Source: an uncultured virus (IMG/VR IMGVR_UViG_3300002835_000031)
Lineage: Duplodnaviria > Heunggongvirae > Uroviricota > Caudoviricetes
Reading direction: 5' to 3' (one strand)
Length of the DNA stretch: 64,000 nucleotides
IMG/VR virus record: IMGVR_UViG_3300002835_000031
Part shown: positions 10,653 to 19,830 of the stretch, piece by piece
Position numbering within the stretch: position 1 is the stretch's first letter
How the letters are laid out: each line of letters begins with the position of its first letter
Made by a program: the position numbers and the translations under genes
Notes under the pieces: generated by a model
What the model saw: the letters and a program-made list of their open reading frames with translations, nothing else
Databases searched by the model: none
What the model was told of the DNA's origin: nothing

Positions 10653-11064
10653 TTGTTTTGCCGTCGTCTTTGTTCTTTAGCATTTTAAATAACTCAGCGG
10701 TTGAACCTGCGAATACTACGTTATTATTTGTAACATTCTTTGCAGATACAGAGTCGCCGTCTTTTAAATCTTTAACTTTTTTCTGTAATTCAATTAAATC
10801 TTTAGCAACATCTGATACGGTTTTTATTAATTGGCCAGCAACCTCATATGTTCTGGGATGCTCAGAATTTTTAGCAAGTTCAATCATGTCATCCAAAGTA
10901 TTTTCACTTTTATATATTAGATTGCGTAATGTACTTCTTGCCAATTGGTAATCATCTTCTTGATCTAAGTTTTTGCTTGTTTCTGGCGCAATTACAGGCA
11001 AATTTTCCGCAGGGGCCTGAGATTCAATGTCAAAAATCTTATCAAGTTCTGGTATATGTTTCAT
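10642..11064 (-). CDS. gp16: terminase small subunit
   Basis: DYQLAR, SEHPRTYEVAGQLIK and NNNVVFAGSTAEL motifs; upstream of gp17. Confidence 0.93.
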   Translation of the reverse strand: MKHIPELDKIFDIESQAPAENLPVIAPETSKNLDQEDDYQLARSTLRNLIYKSENTLDDMIELAKNSEHPRTYEVAGQLIKTVSDVAKDLIELQKKVKDLKDGDSVSAKNVTNNNVVFAGSTAELFKMLKNKDDGKTIEQ

Positions 11065-11816
11065 TAAAAATCTTCAAAGGTTTCAATAAAGCCAATGTCA
11101 TCTCCAGGTTTAGCTGTCAATGGATTTGGTTGTATAGTAATAGATGATTGCTTTTCAGTTAAATTTTCATTACTATAAGTGTTAGCAATAACTTTCTTAA
11201 TAACACCCTGTCTACTAATTGGGCCATAATAATTTAATTTCATTGTAAAATTTAATGTCCAAATGATAGACCGTCTATCTGAAAAATCGCCCTCATAGGT
11301 ATCGTCGAAAGATATACTATTTAGTAGAATTGGTAAATCATTTTTAATACCCATCTGCGGTATTGTTTTCATCGTTAAATTATAATCAGGATTAAAGTAT
11401 GGTATAATTTGTTCTATTATCTGTAAACCATCATCTTGATTCTTAGCATATACGTATAATGCAACTTGTATATTATACGGAGTAGGTGCATACTGAGTAT
11501 CTAAAGTATTAATTGTAGAATTAATTGCTCTATTTTGTTGAAGCGGACTTATTTTTCGATTAACATCATATTCCAACGACAACATCTCAAAAGACATTCT
11601 TGGCAATACTACTTGAACTGGCCGCTCATCCACATTGGGTTGCTGTTGTATTCTAGTTAAGAACTTTGTTTTAGGCGCATATGATAACGGTATTCTTAAT
11701 GTTTCCTCACTATTTCCATCCGCATCTTTACGATCAATGGTAATTGAATTAAACATATTACCAAAAGCAACAATTGCTTTTCTAGTTGTTCCCCAGTAAA
11801 ATCTTTGATCTAACAT
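11064..11816 (-). CDS. gp15: tail sheath stabilizer/terminator
   Basis: AFGNMFN, LPRMSFE and QIIEQIIPYFNPDY motifs. Confidence 0.94.
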   Translation of the reverse strand: MLDQRFYWGTTRKAIVAFGNMFNSITIDRKDADGNSEETLRIPLSYAPKTKFLTRIQQQPNVDERPVQVVLPRMSFEMLSLEYDVNRKISPLQQNRAINSTINTLDTQYAPTPYNIQVALYVYAKNQDDGLQIIEQIIPYFNPDYNLTMKTIPQMGIKNDLPILLNSISFDDTYEGDFSDRRSIIWTLNFTMKLNYYGPISRQGVIKKVIANTYSNENLTEKQSSITIQPNPLTAKPGDDIGFIETFEDF

Positions 11817-12565
11817 TATTTAAATACCTCACCAAATGGATTTCTTTCTGTGAAATCTAATATGTCAGTAATGCCGGTATCAAAGTCGTCGTTTCTAGCG
11901 CCAGCATCAACTGTTGTTATTTTGTAACTTTCTAGAATCATCGGTGTTTCTGTGTTAAATTCTAATAATAATGACCCGTCTGATTCTATCAATAATTCAA
12001 AGTTGTTGAGATTTTGATCTATCGAATCTGCATAAGTATCAATCTCATCAATACCCGTATTAAAGTTCTCGCTAGAGAATTGCATTAGCTCACATTGCAT
12101 TCTAAATATGTAGAGTTTGCCAAGCTGATAGAATGGGGTATCACCTTCTACTTTGCGTATTTCAAAATAGGATTTTGTTAGTGGAAAATATAATACGTCA
12201 CCTTCAGCGGGTCTGTTAGCCAAAACTGTTTGACCTTTACTGCCAACTTCTTTATCCCATCTACGTCTGGATACTACAAAGGATGCGCTGTCGCGAAGTT
12301 CGACTCCAAATCTTGTTAGCAGGTCTCCCTCACCTTCAAACCCATTTGTGTTTTCCAAATACATCTCAATTGGATACGCATTCTCATAATAGTTTAACGG
12401 ATCCTCAACCAAAATACGATCCTCATTAAAAGATGTTCTTGGGATATAATAGACTTCGAAACCATAGATTTGTAGGCATTCGATTATTAGATCTTCGTAG
12501 AGATTCTGCTCCGAGGCTCTGCCCATCGGAATGCCAGATTGAAAATAATGGTTAACTGTTGCCAT
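11816..12565 (-). CDS. gp14: neck protein
   Basis: YYIPR, RPAEGDVLYFP, FYQLGK and C-terminal FTERNPFG motifs. Confidence 0.94.
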   Translation of the reverse strand: MATVNHYFQSGIPMGRASEQNLYEDLIIECLQIYGFEVYYIPRTSFNEDRILVEDPLNYYENAYPIEMYLENTNGFEGEGDLLTRFGVELRDSASFVVSRRRWDKEVGSKGQTVLANRPAEGDVLYFPLTKSYFEIRKVEGDTPFYQLGKLYIFRMQCELMQFSSENFNTGIDEIDTYADSIDQNLNNFELLIESDGSLLLEFNTETPMILESYKITTVDAGARNDDFDTGITDILDFTERNPFGEVFK

Positions 12566-12629
12566 AATTCTATAGACTTCTATTGACTTCGGTGTTAGTA
12601 TATGCTATGAGGTTAGGTGATATTAAGTA

Positions 12630-13373
12630 TCAGCCTGTAAAGAAATCTACTGGTAGTTCAAATCTAGATTGTATTTCAGCTTCAATTTTTAGCAATTCAT
12701 CCTCTGCTTCATCATATATTTTACCACCATTTAAAACAACTCCTCCAGGAAGTTGCACTCCGTCAAATTTTTTCATATTTGTTCCCCATTGCCGCTTAAT
12801 TAAAGCTGTCGCATATCTTTTCAAGAACATATCGTTGTAAACATCCGTGTATGTGTCCGGATCTAATATTCTCCAGGCTTCAACAACGATATTACTTCCT
12901 ACATCAACATCCGCTGCCCAGTCCATATCTATGTATAGACGATTCATATGGCGATTGAATCTAACAGGCTTTACGCCTACTAATGTTTGATTAATCAATT
13001 CTAATTGTTGTCTAACTTGCGTGTAATAAATTAAATCAGTAGACATTAAAGAATACAGATCATTAATTAAAATTTGATACCTAATGTCGAAAATATTTAT
13101 CCCCGTAGATTTATTACTAAAAGGCAAAACTCGTTCGACTCCAACAACCGCATCGGGAATAGGTATGTACAAATTAGTTAGGTCTTGTTCGGTTATCAAA
13201 TGCTTTAGGTAAACTTTTTCTACAGCATCATAATGATACTCTCTGTAGAATTGAAATGCATCATCAATACGATCTTCAAGCTGATCTTCATCTACATTGA
13301 TTTCAATAACAGGAGCACCTAGTCGGCGTAGGCAATATTCCTTCAATTGTTCTCTAGATGTTATTGACGCCAT
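12630..13373 (-). CDS. gp13: neck protein
   Basis: LRRLGAPVIEINV and QWGTNMKKFDGVQLPGGVVLNG motifs. Confidence 0.95.
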   Translation of the reverse strand: MASITSREQLKEYCLRRLGAPVIEINVDEDQLEDRIDDAFQFYREYHYDAVEKVYLKHLITEQDLTNLYIPIPDAVVGVERVLPFSNKSTGINIFDIRYQILINDLYSLMSTDLIYYTQVRQQLELINQTLVGVKPVRFNRHMNRLYIDMDWAADVDVGSNIVVEAWRILDPDTYTDVYNDMFLKRYATALIKRQWGTNMKKFDGVQLPGGVVLNGGKIYDEAEDELLKIEAEIQSRFELPVDFFTG

Positions 13374-13398
13374 GTGATATCCTTTATATTTATTTTTA

Positions 13399-15000
13399 TT
13401 ATGTATTTATTGTAATATTATTCATTACAACACCAGGAGTAACATTAAAATTTGTTGCAGCGTTAAACGGTTGAAACGCATAAGAATTTCGGCTACCGTG
13501 TAGGGTGTACAGTACACTATAATCGTCAGTTAATCCAGTATCAAACAAAACATTGGATGCGCTATCATTAACTATCCTATCTTTGATTTGTGCTGGAGTA
13601 TACGATGGGTATGCCTGTAACAATTGCGCACACATACCTGCAACTTGAGGTGAGGCCATTGAAGTTCCAGATAAAGTTCCTATCAAAAAAGAATTGTTAT
13701 TAGGATACTGTGTATTACAACTAAATGCATTTGTAGTTGACATTGTACTTATAATAAATGTGCCAGGAGCATAAATATCGACTCTTGGGCCAGACTCACT
13801 GGATGCTGCCTTTTGTTCGGCAAATCCTATGGAAGGATCTCCTATCCATATATTTCCCACAGTAATTACACCTGAAGCTGCGGTTGGGCTACCGCCTTGC
13901 ATATAATAAACCTGCCCATATACGCTGCTATTATAGTAATTATTAAAATTTATTCCAGTAGGAGTATCTATTGTTTGATAATTATTTCCAGCAGCGCCAC
14001 ATATAACAATGCCAGCTGCTATCATTTCGCTAATGTCTATATCTACAGAACTTATTCTAACACCGTGAGTATTGGTGTCGCTTCCAATCATACCATACGC
14101 AGCTTGTTTGGTTGTTCCTGTCCACGCATTGCCTTGATAATTTCCGCCAGTTATATTTTGAAATGTAGCGGTATACCCCCAACTCATATTGACAACGGTA
14201 GGGCGTTTAAATCCTGTTGTAGGATCTATTGGTTTGTTATTGTGCCAACCTTTAATTACGTCAAACACATCACTAATAGGCATGCCCTGTGAATTTGCAC
14301 CGTTTAATCCGTCAACTGTAATAGAATAAATGTTGGAGTTTTTTGCTCTGCCATAAGTTTTTCCAGCAGCAATTCCTGCAACATGAGTTCCGTGTCCGTC
14401 GGTATCAATATAGAAAAGATTGTCAGCTGGTTGTGTGCCAGGTAATCCACTAGCAGAATACCAATTTATTTTTTGAACTCTGGTTTCTCCTTTGGAATTT
14501 TCAAATTCTGGATGATCGCATTGTAATCCTCCATCTTGAATTACTATATCGACGCCTGTTCCATCTAACGGATAGTTATACAATAAATTTCCAGATGCTC
14601 CTATGGTATTATTTGTATTGCTGTTTAGTCTGAATAATCCCCAATTCACACCCAATGCATTGTTGGGATTTCTGCCTGTATTTGGAAATTTATAATAAAT
14701 CCCAGATTGGCTTGCAAAAGATTTAATTTTAATATCTGTTCGCTGATCTGCGGGAATTTCAACACATTGTACTCTGGAATCTTGTCTTAATGCAATCGCC
14801 TCTAAGTCAGTTAATGCGTAATGGCAACACCGTGTACTTAAAGGTCTCTCATTAATAATTTCTACTGGGCGACTTGGAACATATTCAGTTTCGAGAATTT
14901 CATTTTCATTTTCAATTTCATACCAAAAAGTATTATAATCTACGTTCTCTTTCAACCCCACAATATATTCTTTAAATTCTGTCTGCATCATGTATACCAC
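13399..15000 (-). CDS. subtilisin-like S8 serine peptidase
   Basis: Catalytic-triad motifs DIVIQDGG, DGHGTHVAG and GTSMASPQVAG; oxyanion AAGN. True start may be 14991. Confidence 0.92.
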   Translation of the reverse strand: MVYMMQTEFKEYIVGLKENVDYNTFWYEIENENEILETEYVPSRPVEIINERPLSTRCCHYALTDLEAIALRQDSRVQCVEIPADQRTDIKIKSFASQSGIYYKFPNTGRNPNNALGVNWGLFRLNSNTNNTIGASGNLLYNYPLDGTGVDIVIQDGGLQCDHPEFENSKGETRVQKINWYSASGLPGTQPADNLFYIDTDGHGTHVAGIAAGKTYGRAKNSNIYSITVDGLNGANSQGMPISDVFDVIKGWHNNKPIDPTTGFKRPTVVNMSWGYTATFQNITGGNYQGNAWTGTTKQAAYGMIGSDTNTHGVRISSVDIDISEMIAAGIVICGAAGNNYQTIDTPTGINFNNYYNSSVYGQVYYMQGGSPTAASGVITVGNIWIGDPSIGFAEQKAASSESGPRVDIYAPGTFIISTMSTTNAFSCNTQYPNNNSFLIGTLSGTSMASPQVAGMCAQLLQAYPSYTPAQIKDRIVNDSASNVLFDTGLTDDYSVLYTLHGSRNSYAFQPFNAATNFNVTPGVVMNNITINT

Positions 15001-16097
15001 TGTGTGTAACTTGCAGAAATTAAACGCAGAGTATTGCTGTTACTTGTTAGTACATATGCGGTATTGGCAGATGCCCCATCGATTTGTGCATTTAATTGTG
15101 GGTATACTGATATATCATTGCCAGTTGCATTTTTAATAAAAATTACAATGCCAGGATTCACATTTGGCAAAATAACACCAGATCCATTTATACCGGTATT
15201 TACAATGTTAATTGTATTACCTAATAGTGTAGCAGAATTTTGCGTAGTCCCAGCTGCAGAAATATTAGTTTGTATTGAATTTATTAAATAATTTCTTGTG
15301 AGTAAATTTGAACTTGTTATATCACCAATTGCTGTTAAAGTTCCACTGCCTAATATCCTAACAGCAATGGTAGGTATTAAATCTAAATTGGTTACTGAAG
15401 ATATAGCGGGAGTGCCTGCCCCCGATCCTACAAAATTTGAAGCAGTTATATTTCCCGACGCAACGATATTATTGCCGGTTAACGTTCCTGCTATTGTTAA
15501 TGCGGTTAAAGTGCCAACACTAATAATATTTGTTTGTATGGGATTTGTTACAATATTTGATGCAGGTACTGTCCCTACAACATTTGATCCAATTATACCA
15601 GTTAAGAATGATCCGTTACCTGTAAAATAATCAGCTTTAATATTTGTTGTATTATTTGGCAATAAACTTATGACATTTGCATATACTCTTGCATTCGTAA
15701 AATATAAGTTAGTACCTTCAGATATATCCGAAGTATTTTTACCATTTATTAAAATTGATCCGGTTGCTATTCCAGAAACTCCGGGATATACAGTTATAAT
15801 TCCTTCAACGATTCGTATAACGGTGTTTCCTTGCAAGGCTTCAACATCGTAAACATATCTTCCATGCGGTAAATTTGAAGTCTGAGTTGCCGACAACGAT
15901 AATGATATGTTTCCATATGCCGCATTTATAACAGTTGCTGCAATTGAGGCGGAGTTTGCGCTTTTATAAGATTTGCGTAATTGGCTTCTAACAGTATATC
16001 CTGTTAAATCTACAGGAATTTTACTATTTGTAACGTATTGTAGATTGGCAGTAAATGTACTACCTTGGTCTATTACTAAATTTTTAGTTATTGCCAT
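14988..16097 (-). CDS. virion structural/fibre-associated protein
   Basis: N-terminal LVIDQGSTF...GRYVYDVE...EGIITV domain, then an SDISEGTNLYFT motif and a G/N/T-rich beta region. Confidence 0.7.
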   Translation of the reverse strand: MAITKNLVIDQGSTFTANLQYVTNSKIPVDLTGYTVRSQLRKSYKSANSASIAATVINAAYGNISLSLSATQTSNLPHGRYVYDVEALQGNTVIRIVEGIITVYPGVSGIATGSILINGKNTSDISEGTNLYFTNARVYANVISLLPNNTTNIKADYFTGNGSFLTGIIGSNVVGTVPASNIVTNPIQTNIISVGTLTALTIAGTLTGNNIVASGNITASNFVGSGAGTPAISSVTNLDLIPTIAVRILGSGTLTAIGDITSSNLLTRNYLINSIQTNISAAGTTQNSATLLGNTINIVNTGINGSGVILPNVNPGIVIFIKNATGNDISVYPQLNAQIDGASANTAYVLTSNSNTLRLISASYTQWYT

Positions 16098-16100
16098 TTA

Positions 16101-19100
16101 TTATCCGCAATGGTATGAGCAAACAATTTGCTTAACTTCTGTGGGTGATGAGAATGTAACATTTTCTCTTGCCTTTGCTACAGTATAATTATGTAATAAA
16201 TCATCATCTTGTTTCATACCTTTACCTGGCATTGATGATGTTGTAATAAAATCTCCTATTTCAATATCACCATTTTCTCCGCATACATTAACTAAGCCTT
16301 CGCCTATGCTATTGATGTATACAAATTTATGCGTATCTATTATAGATTGATAAATTGGATTTAATCTTTCATCCTTTACAATAGTAGGTGCAACTTCAAT
16401 GTTAGCGGTATCTCCTATCGAAATATTCTCTATAATTTTTTCATATTCTTCAGCTAATGTATATGGGATATATTTCTCATATGTATATTCTCGCATAATG
16501 CCAAATACTGATTTTTGATTTATTTGTGTTGATTTTGTAACAATACCTACAGCATCACTTATATTTTTTGAAGCAACTATACTTACATCAACTAAAATAT
16601 CTCCTATCTCTACAGCTTCATTTAGTTCTATAAGTCCGTCGTGCGATCCTGTAAATGATACAACTATGCCTGCTCCTGTAACTATAGTACCTCTAACTAC
16701 TTTTATAGCATTACCCGTTGCTTCTGCAAGCCTTACTGCTGCAACCTGAGTTCCATTGAAATCGTTTTGAACTGCAGAAACTGCAACATCCCCATAGTTT
16801 CCAAGGAATGCTGAACTGTTTACTGATCCGTTAGGATTATAAGCACCAAAAACACCCGCATTGACTGTCCCACCTATGAAACCGTGCGTGTTAAAATTTT
16901 GGGGGCCAGCAGAATACGAACCGTAACGCATATTATAGAATGCCCCTGCCGTACCGGATCCTCTATTCGCCATGACCAGCCCAGGTTCGGTTGTTGCGCT
17001 TGCAGCAATTACCCCAAATTTACCGGCTGAAGTTACTTCAAATGCACCAACTGCACCAAAACCTGCAACATTTGTTCCTGCGCCAAAGCCAAATGTACCT
17101 GATCCTGCAATCGCTGCAGAACTTGCTGTAATTTTATCTGCAGTAATTGCACCTGCTTGAATTTTGTCTGCAGTAATTGCACCTACTGCTATCTTGCCTG
17201 CAGTAATTTGTAATGCATCAATTTTATCTGTAGTAATTGCGCCAGTTGCAATTTTATCTGCAATCACTGTTCCGTTTACCAGTATCGACCCATTAAATTG
17301 AGCTACAACAGATGTCCATGCCGATCCCGTATATACTTTGGTTTCTGAATAATTTCCTGAATGTAAAGTAACCTCATCTGTTCTAATAGGCGATCCTCCT
17401 CCTGCAACTGCTATTGCGTTATTTGCAATAACATCGCTCCATGAACTGGCTGCTGCAGATGTTCTAATACTTCCTCTTGTACCAGGTGCACCATTTGTGC
17501 CATTTGTTCCAGGATTTCCCTGTGGGCCTTGTTTTGCCTTAGATAATTTATATATTCTTGTTAAATTAGAATATCCTGATCTTGATCCAACAATAGTTAC
17601 TGTTGCGGTATCTGCAGACATTGCAGTAACTGTTATTGTTCTATTGCCGACTCCTGACCGTGTAATGGTACACCCACTTGCAGTAGACGCAAATGTCCAA
17701 TTATTAGTATCTTCTACTAATCCTAGATATACCGCTGCTGTAGTATTAACTCCCGAGAAAGAAGCAACTGTACCTGAACTATCTGCAGGTAAAGTTCTAT
17801 TTTCATCGGTTAAATACATTAACGGAGTAGTACTACCGTCATATACTTTATATAAACTAACAACATCTTCGAACGTTGTTGATCCGTCAACAATTGACGC
17901 AGTAATTGTTACTGAGTCAGACAACATATTTGCAAATGTTAATTTTCTAGCATTGGCAGTGGCGCCAGCTGTCAAAGCAGCTGTTCCAGCTGTAACAGCG
18001 AATGTAACCGTACCTGACAATCCAGTTAAGTCTGCAGTTAATGTTATTTCTGGAGTATTAGTAAATGTACCAGTTCCACTCACTCCAAACCCTGGATGAT
18101 CATTTCTCAAAGTTAAGAATTGTGCTGTAGCATTGGATGCAAGAGCTTCAAGAGTTGTTGTGCCACCTCCTACAATTGCTACTGGTATATTCCCAGAAAT
18201 AAATCCCGCAGAAACTAAAATATTCCCATTAGCGTCTCTAATAGTTAATCCTCTAGAATCAATTTTATCCGCAGTTATTGCATTGGCCGCGACTGATACC
18301 GCTGTAATTGCATTTGCTGCAATTTGATTTGCTGTAATGCAATTTGCGACCAAGTGATATGTAAACACAGAATTTGCTGCAATTTCTACAGCAGTAACCG
18401 CATTTGCTGCAATTTGATTTGCCGTAATACAATTTGCCTGAATTGCGTCTGCATAAACAGAATTTGCTGCCAATTGAACTGCTGTAATTGCATTAGCAGC
18501 AATTTGAGCAGCCGTGATAGAATTTGTTTGGATTGCATTTGCATAAACGGCATTGGCTGCCAATTGAACTGCTGTAATGGAATTTGCTGCAATTTTATTT
18601 GCTGTAATTACGTTTGCCTGTAATGCCTCAGCATATATAGAATTTGCTGCAATTTGAGTTGCGGTAATTGCATTTGCTGCAATTTCTACTGCGGTAATTA
18701 CTCCTGCGCCAATTTTACCCGCAATAATTGCATTAGATGCAATTAAACTTGCAGTTATTGCGTTTGCCTGAATTTCTGCGGCACTAATAGCAGCCGCGCC
18801 AATTTTTCCAGCAGTAATAGCTCCAGCTACAATCATTGACGATGTTATAATATTTGCACTTAAAACAACATTGCCTGTGCCAGCAATGTAAGTATCATAT
18901 GAATTCCATCCACCACTTATAAAGATGTATAATTTGTTGTTATAAAATCCTTGGCGACCTTCAAAATCTCTACCATCTCCTGGTCCGGTAGCTAGAGAAA
19001 AAGTTGTGAATATTTCAACACCGCTAATAGAATTAGCAGTAGGGGTAAAGGCCGCGCCAGGACTTATCCAAGAGTTCCCTCCCCAAATATACAACCCACC

Positions 19101-19607
19101 ATCTGTAACATTATATACCGCTTGACCATTTGCAGTACCATTTGCGGTTAAATTAGATACCAACCCCACAGCAACATTTGATGCTGTAGCGTTCGATGTT
19201 AATGTATTAAATGCGTTTGTAAAATTAGATAAAGATGTATAATTAACAGTTGCCAAAGCATTATTAAGTGCTCCCAAATTAACCGGCGCAACATTAGCTA
19301 ATGCATTTGCAAGAGCTCCTAAATTTGTAGGGCCAATATTTGCTAATTTGCTTGAAAGAATTGCCAAATTAGTTGTTGAAATATTTGGCCAGCCTTCAAA
19401 GTCGCCTCCGCCATAAAAATTAGTAACGTTTGTTACATTACCCCCTCCGCCGCCACCTAAACCATTATAATATGCTAAATTGGCATACGCATATACGTTT
19501 GCAAAATTTTGATTTACTTTTACAAACGCGGTCCGTAGAGGATCACCTTGCCCGTCATTTGCAACGGTGCCTATATTTACGTTACTTACAGAATATGTGT
19601 TTGACAT
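16101..19607 (-). CDS. tail fibre protein with C-terminal autocleaving chaperone-like domain
   Basis: N-terminal NIGTVANDGQGDPLRTAFVKVNQNF (gp9/gp10-type attachment); decapeptide AANAITAxQI repeats; short collagen-like G-X-Y run; C-terminal SFTGSHD...GEGLVNV...GDFITTS...YHCG. Confidence 0.88.
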   Translation of the reverse strand: MSNTYSVSNVNIGTVANDGQGDPLRTAFVKVNQNFANVYAYANLAYYNGLGGGGGGNVTNVTNFYGGGDFEGWPNISTTNLAILSSKLANIGPTNLGALANALANVAPVNLGALNNALATVNYTSLSNFTNAFNTLTSNATASNVAVGLVSNLTANGTANGQAVYNVTDGGLYIWGGNSWISPGAAFTPTANSISGVEIFTTFSLATGPGDGRDFEGRQGFYNNKLYIFISGGWNSYDTYIAGTGNVVLSANIITSSMIVAGAITAGKIGAAAISAAEIQANAITASLIASNAIIAGKIGAGVITAVEIAANAITATQIAANSIYAEALQANVITANKIAANSITAVQLAANAVYANAIQTNSITAAQIAANAITAVQLAANSVYADAIQANCITANQIAANAVTAVEIAANSVFTYHLVANCITANQIAANAITAVSVAANAITADKIDSRGLTIRDANGNILVSAGFISGNIPVAIVGGGTTTLEALASNATAQFLTLRNDHPGFGVSGTGTFTNTPEITLTADLTGLSGTVTFAVTAGTAALTAGATANARKLTFANMLSDSVTITASIVDGSTTFEDVVSLYKVYDGSTTPLMYLTDENRTLPADSSGTVASFSGVNTTAAVYLGLVEDTNNWTFASTASGCTITRSGVGNRTITVTAMSADTATVTIVGSRSGYSNLTRIYKLSKAKQGPQGNPGTNGTNGAPGTRGSIRTSAAASSWSDVIANNAIAVAGGGSPIRTDEVTLHSGNYSETKVYTGSAWTSVVAQFNGSILVNGTVIADKIATGAITTDKIDALQITAGKIAVGAITADKIQAGAITADKITASSAAIAGSGTFGFGAGTNVAGFGAVGAFEVTSAGKFGVIAASATTEPGLVMANRGSGTAGAFYNMRYGSYSAGPQNFNTHGFIGGTVNAGVFGAYNPNGSVNSSAFLGNYGDVAVSAVQNDFNGTQVAAVRLAEATGNAIKVVRGTIVTGAGIVVSFTGSHDGLIELNEAVEIGDILVDVSIVASKNISDAVGIVTKSTQINQKSVFGIMREYTYEKYIPYTLAEEYEKIIENISIGDTANIEVAPTIVKDERLNPIYQSIIDTHKFVYINSIGEGLVNVCGENGDIEIGDFITTSSMPGKGMKQDDDLLHNYTVAKARENVTFSSPTEVKQIVCSYHCG
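18270..18850. repeat. degenerate 30-bp tandem repeats encoding (A/Q)ANxITAxxI decapeptides
   Basis: Recurring tttgctgcaatt and gtaattgc units at 30-nt period; a shorter array (GAITADKI) lies at about 17130-17270. Confidence 0.85.
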
Positions 19608-19829
19608 TTATTTTCCCGACTGAGAATTATTTACCAATTGTTGAAGCAATGATTTTATCTCGTTAATTTCCGATTTCATATTATTTATTTCATCTGAGAT
19701 GTGTATCATTTTGGTAGTTGTTTCTTTTTTATTTCTATACTCTTTTAACCCAGCAATATCTTGATTAATTAATGCAAGATTTTCTATGTTTTTTACAAAA
19801 CTGTTTTCATTTTCTAATTTTACAAACAT
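19608..19829 (-). CDS. small coiled-coil hypothetical protein
   Basis: 73 aa, EINNMKSEINEIKSLLQQL; tightly packed between structural genes. Confidence 0.75.
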   Translation of the reverse strand: MFVKLENENSFVKNIENLALINQDIAGLKEYRNKKETTTKMIHISDEINNMKSEINEIKSLLQQLVNNSQSGK

Positions 19830-19830
19830 T

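Noticed and set aside
12583..12611. Antisense sigma70-like promoter TTGACT-N17-TATGAG between gp13 and gp14, and the 85-aa plus ORF
   Set aside because: The -10 lacks the conserved final T and the ORF is antisense to gp13; too weak to call.
17497..18623. Plus-strand ORFs, including a Cys-rich 99-aa one
   Set aside because: Antisense shadows of the repetitive Ala/Ile/Asn fibre codons.
18270..18850. Possible CRISPR array or DGR repeat pair
   Set aside because: Repeats are in-frame degenerate coding units with no unique spacers; no reverse transcriptase or adenine-specific template/variable pair seen in the window.
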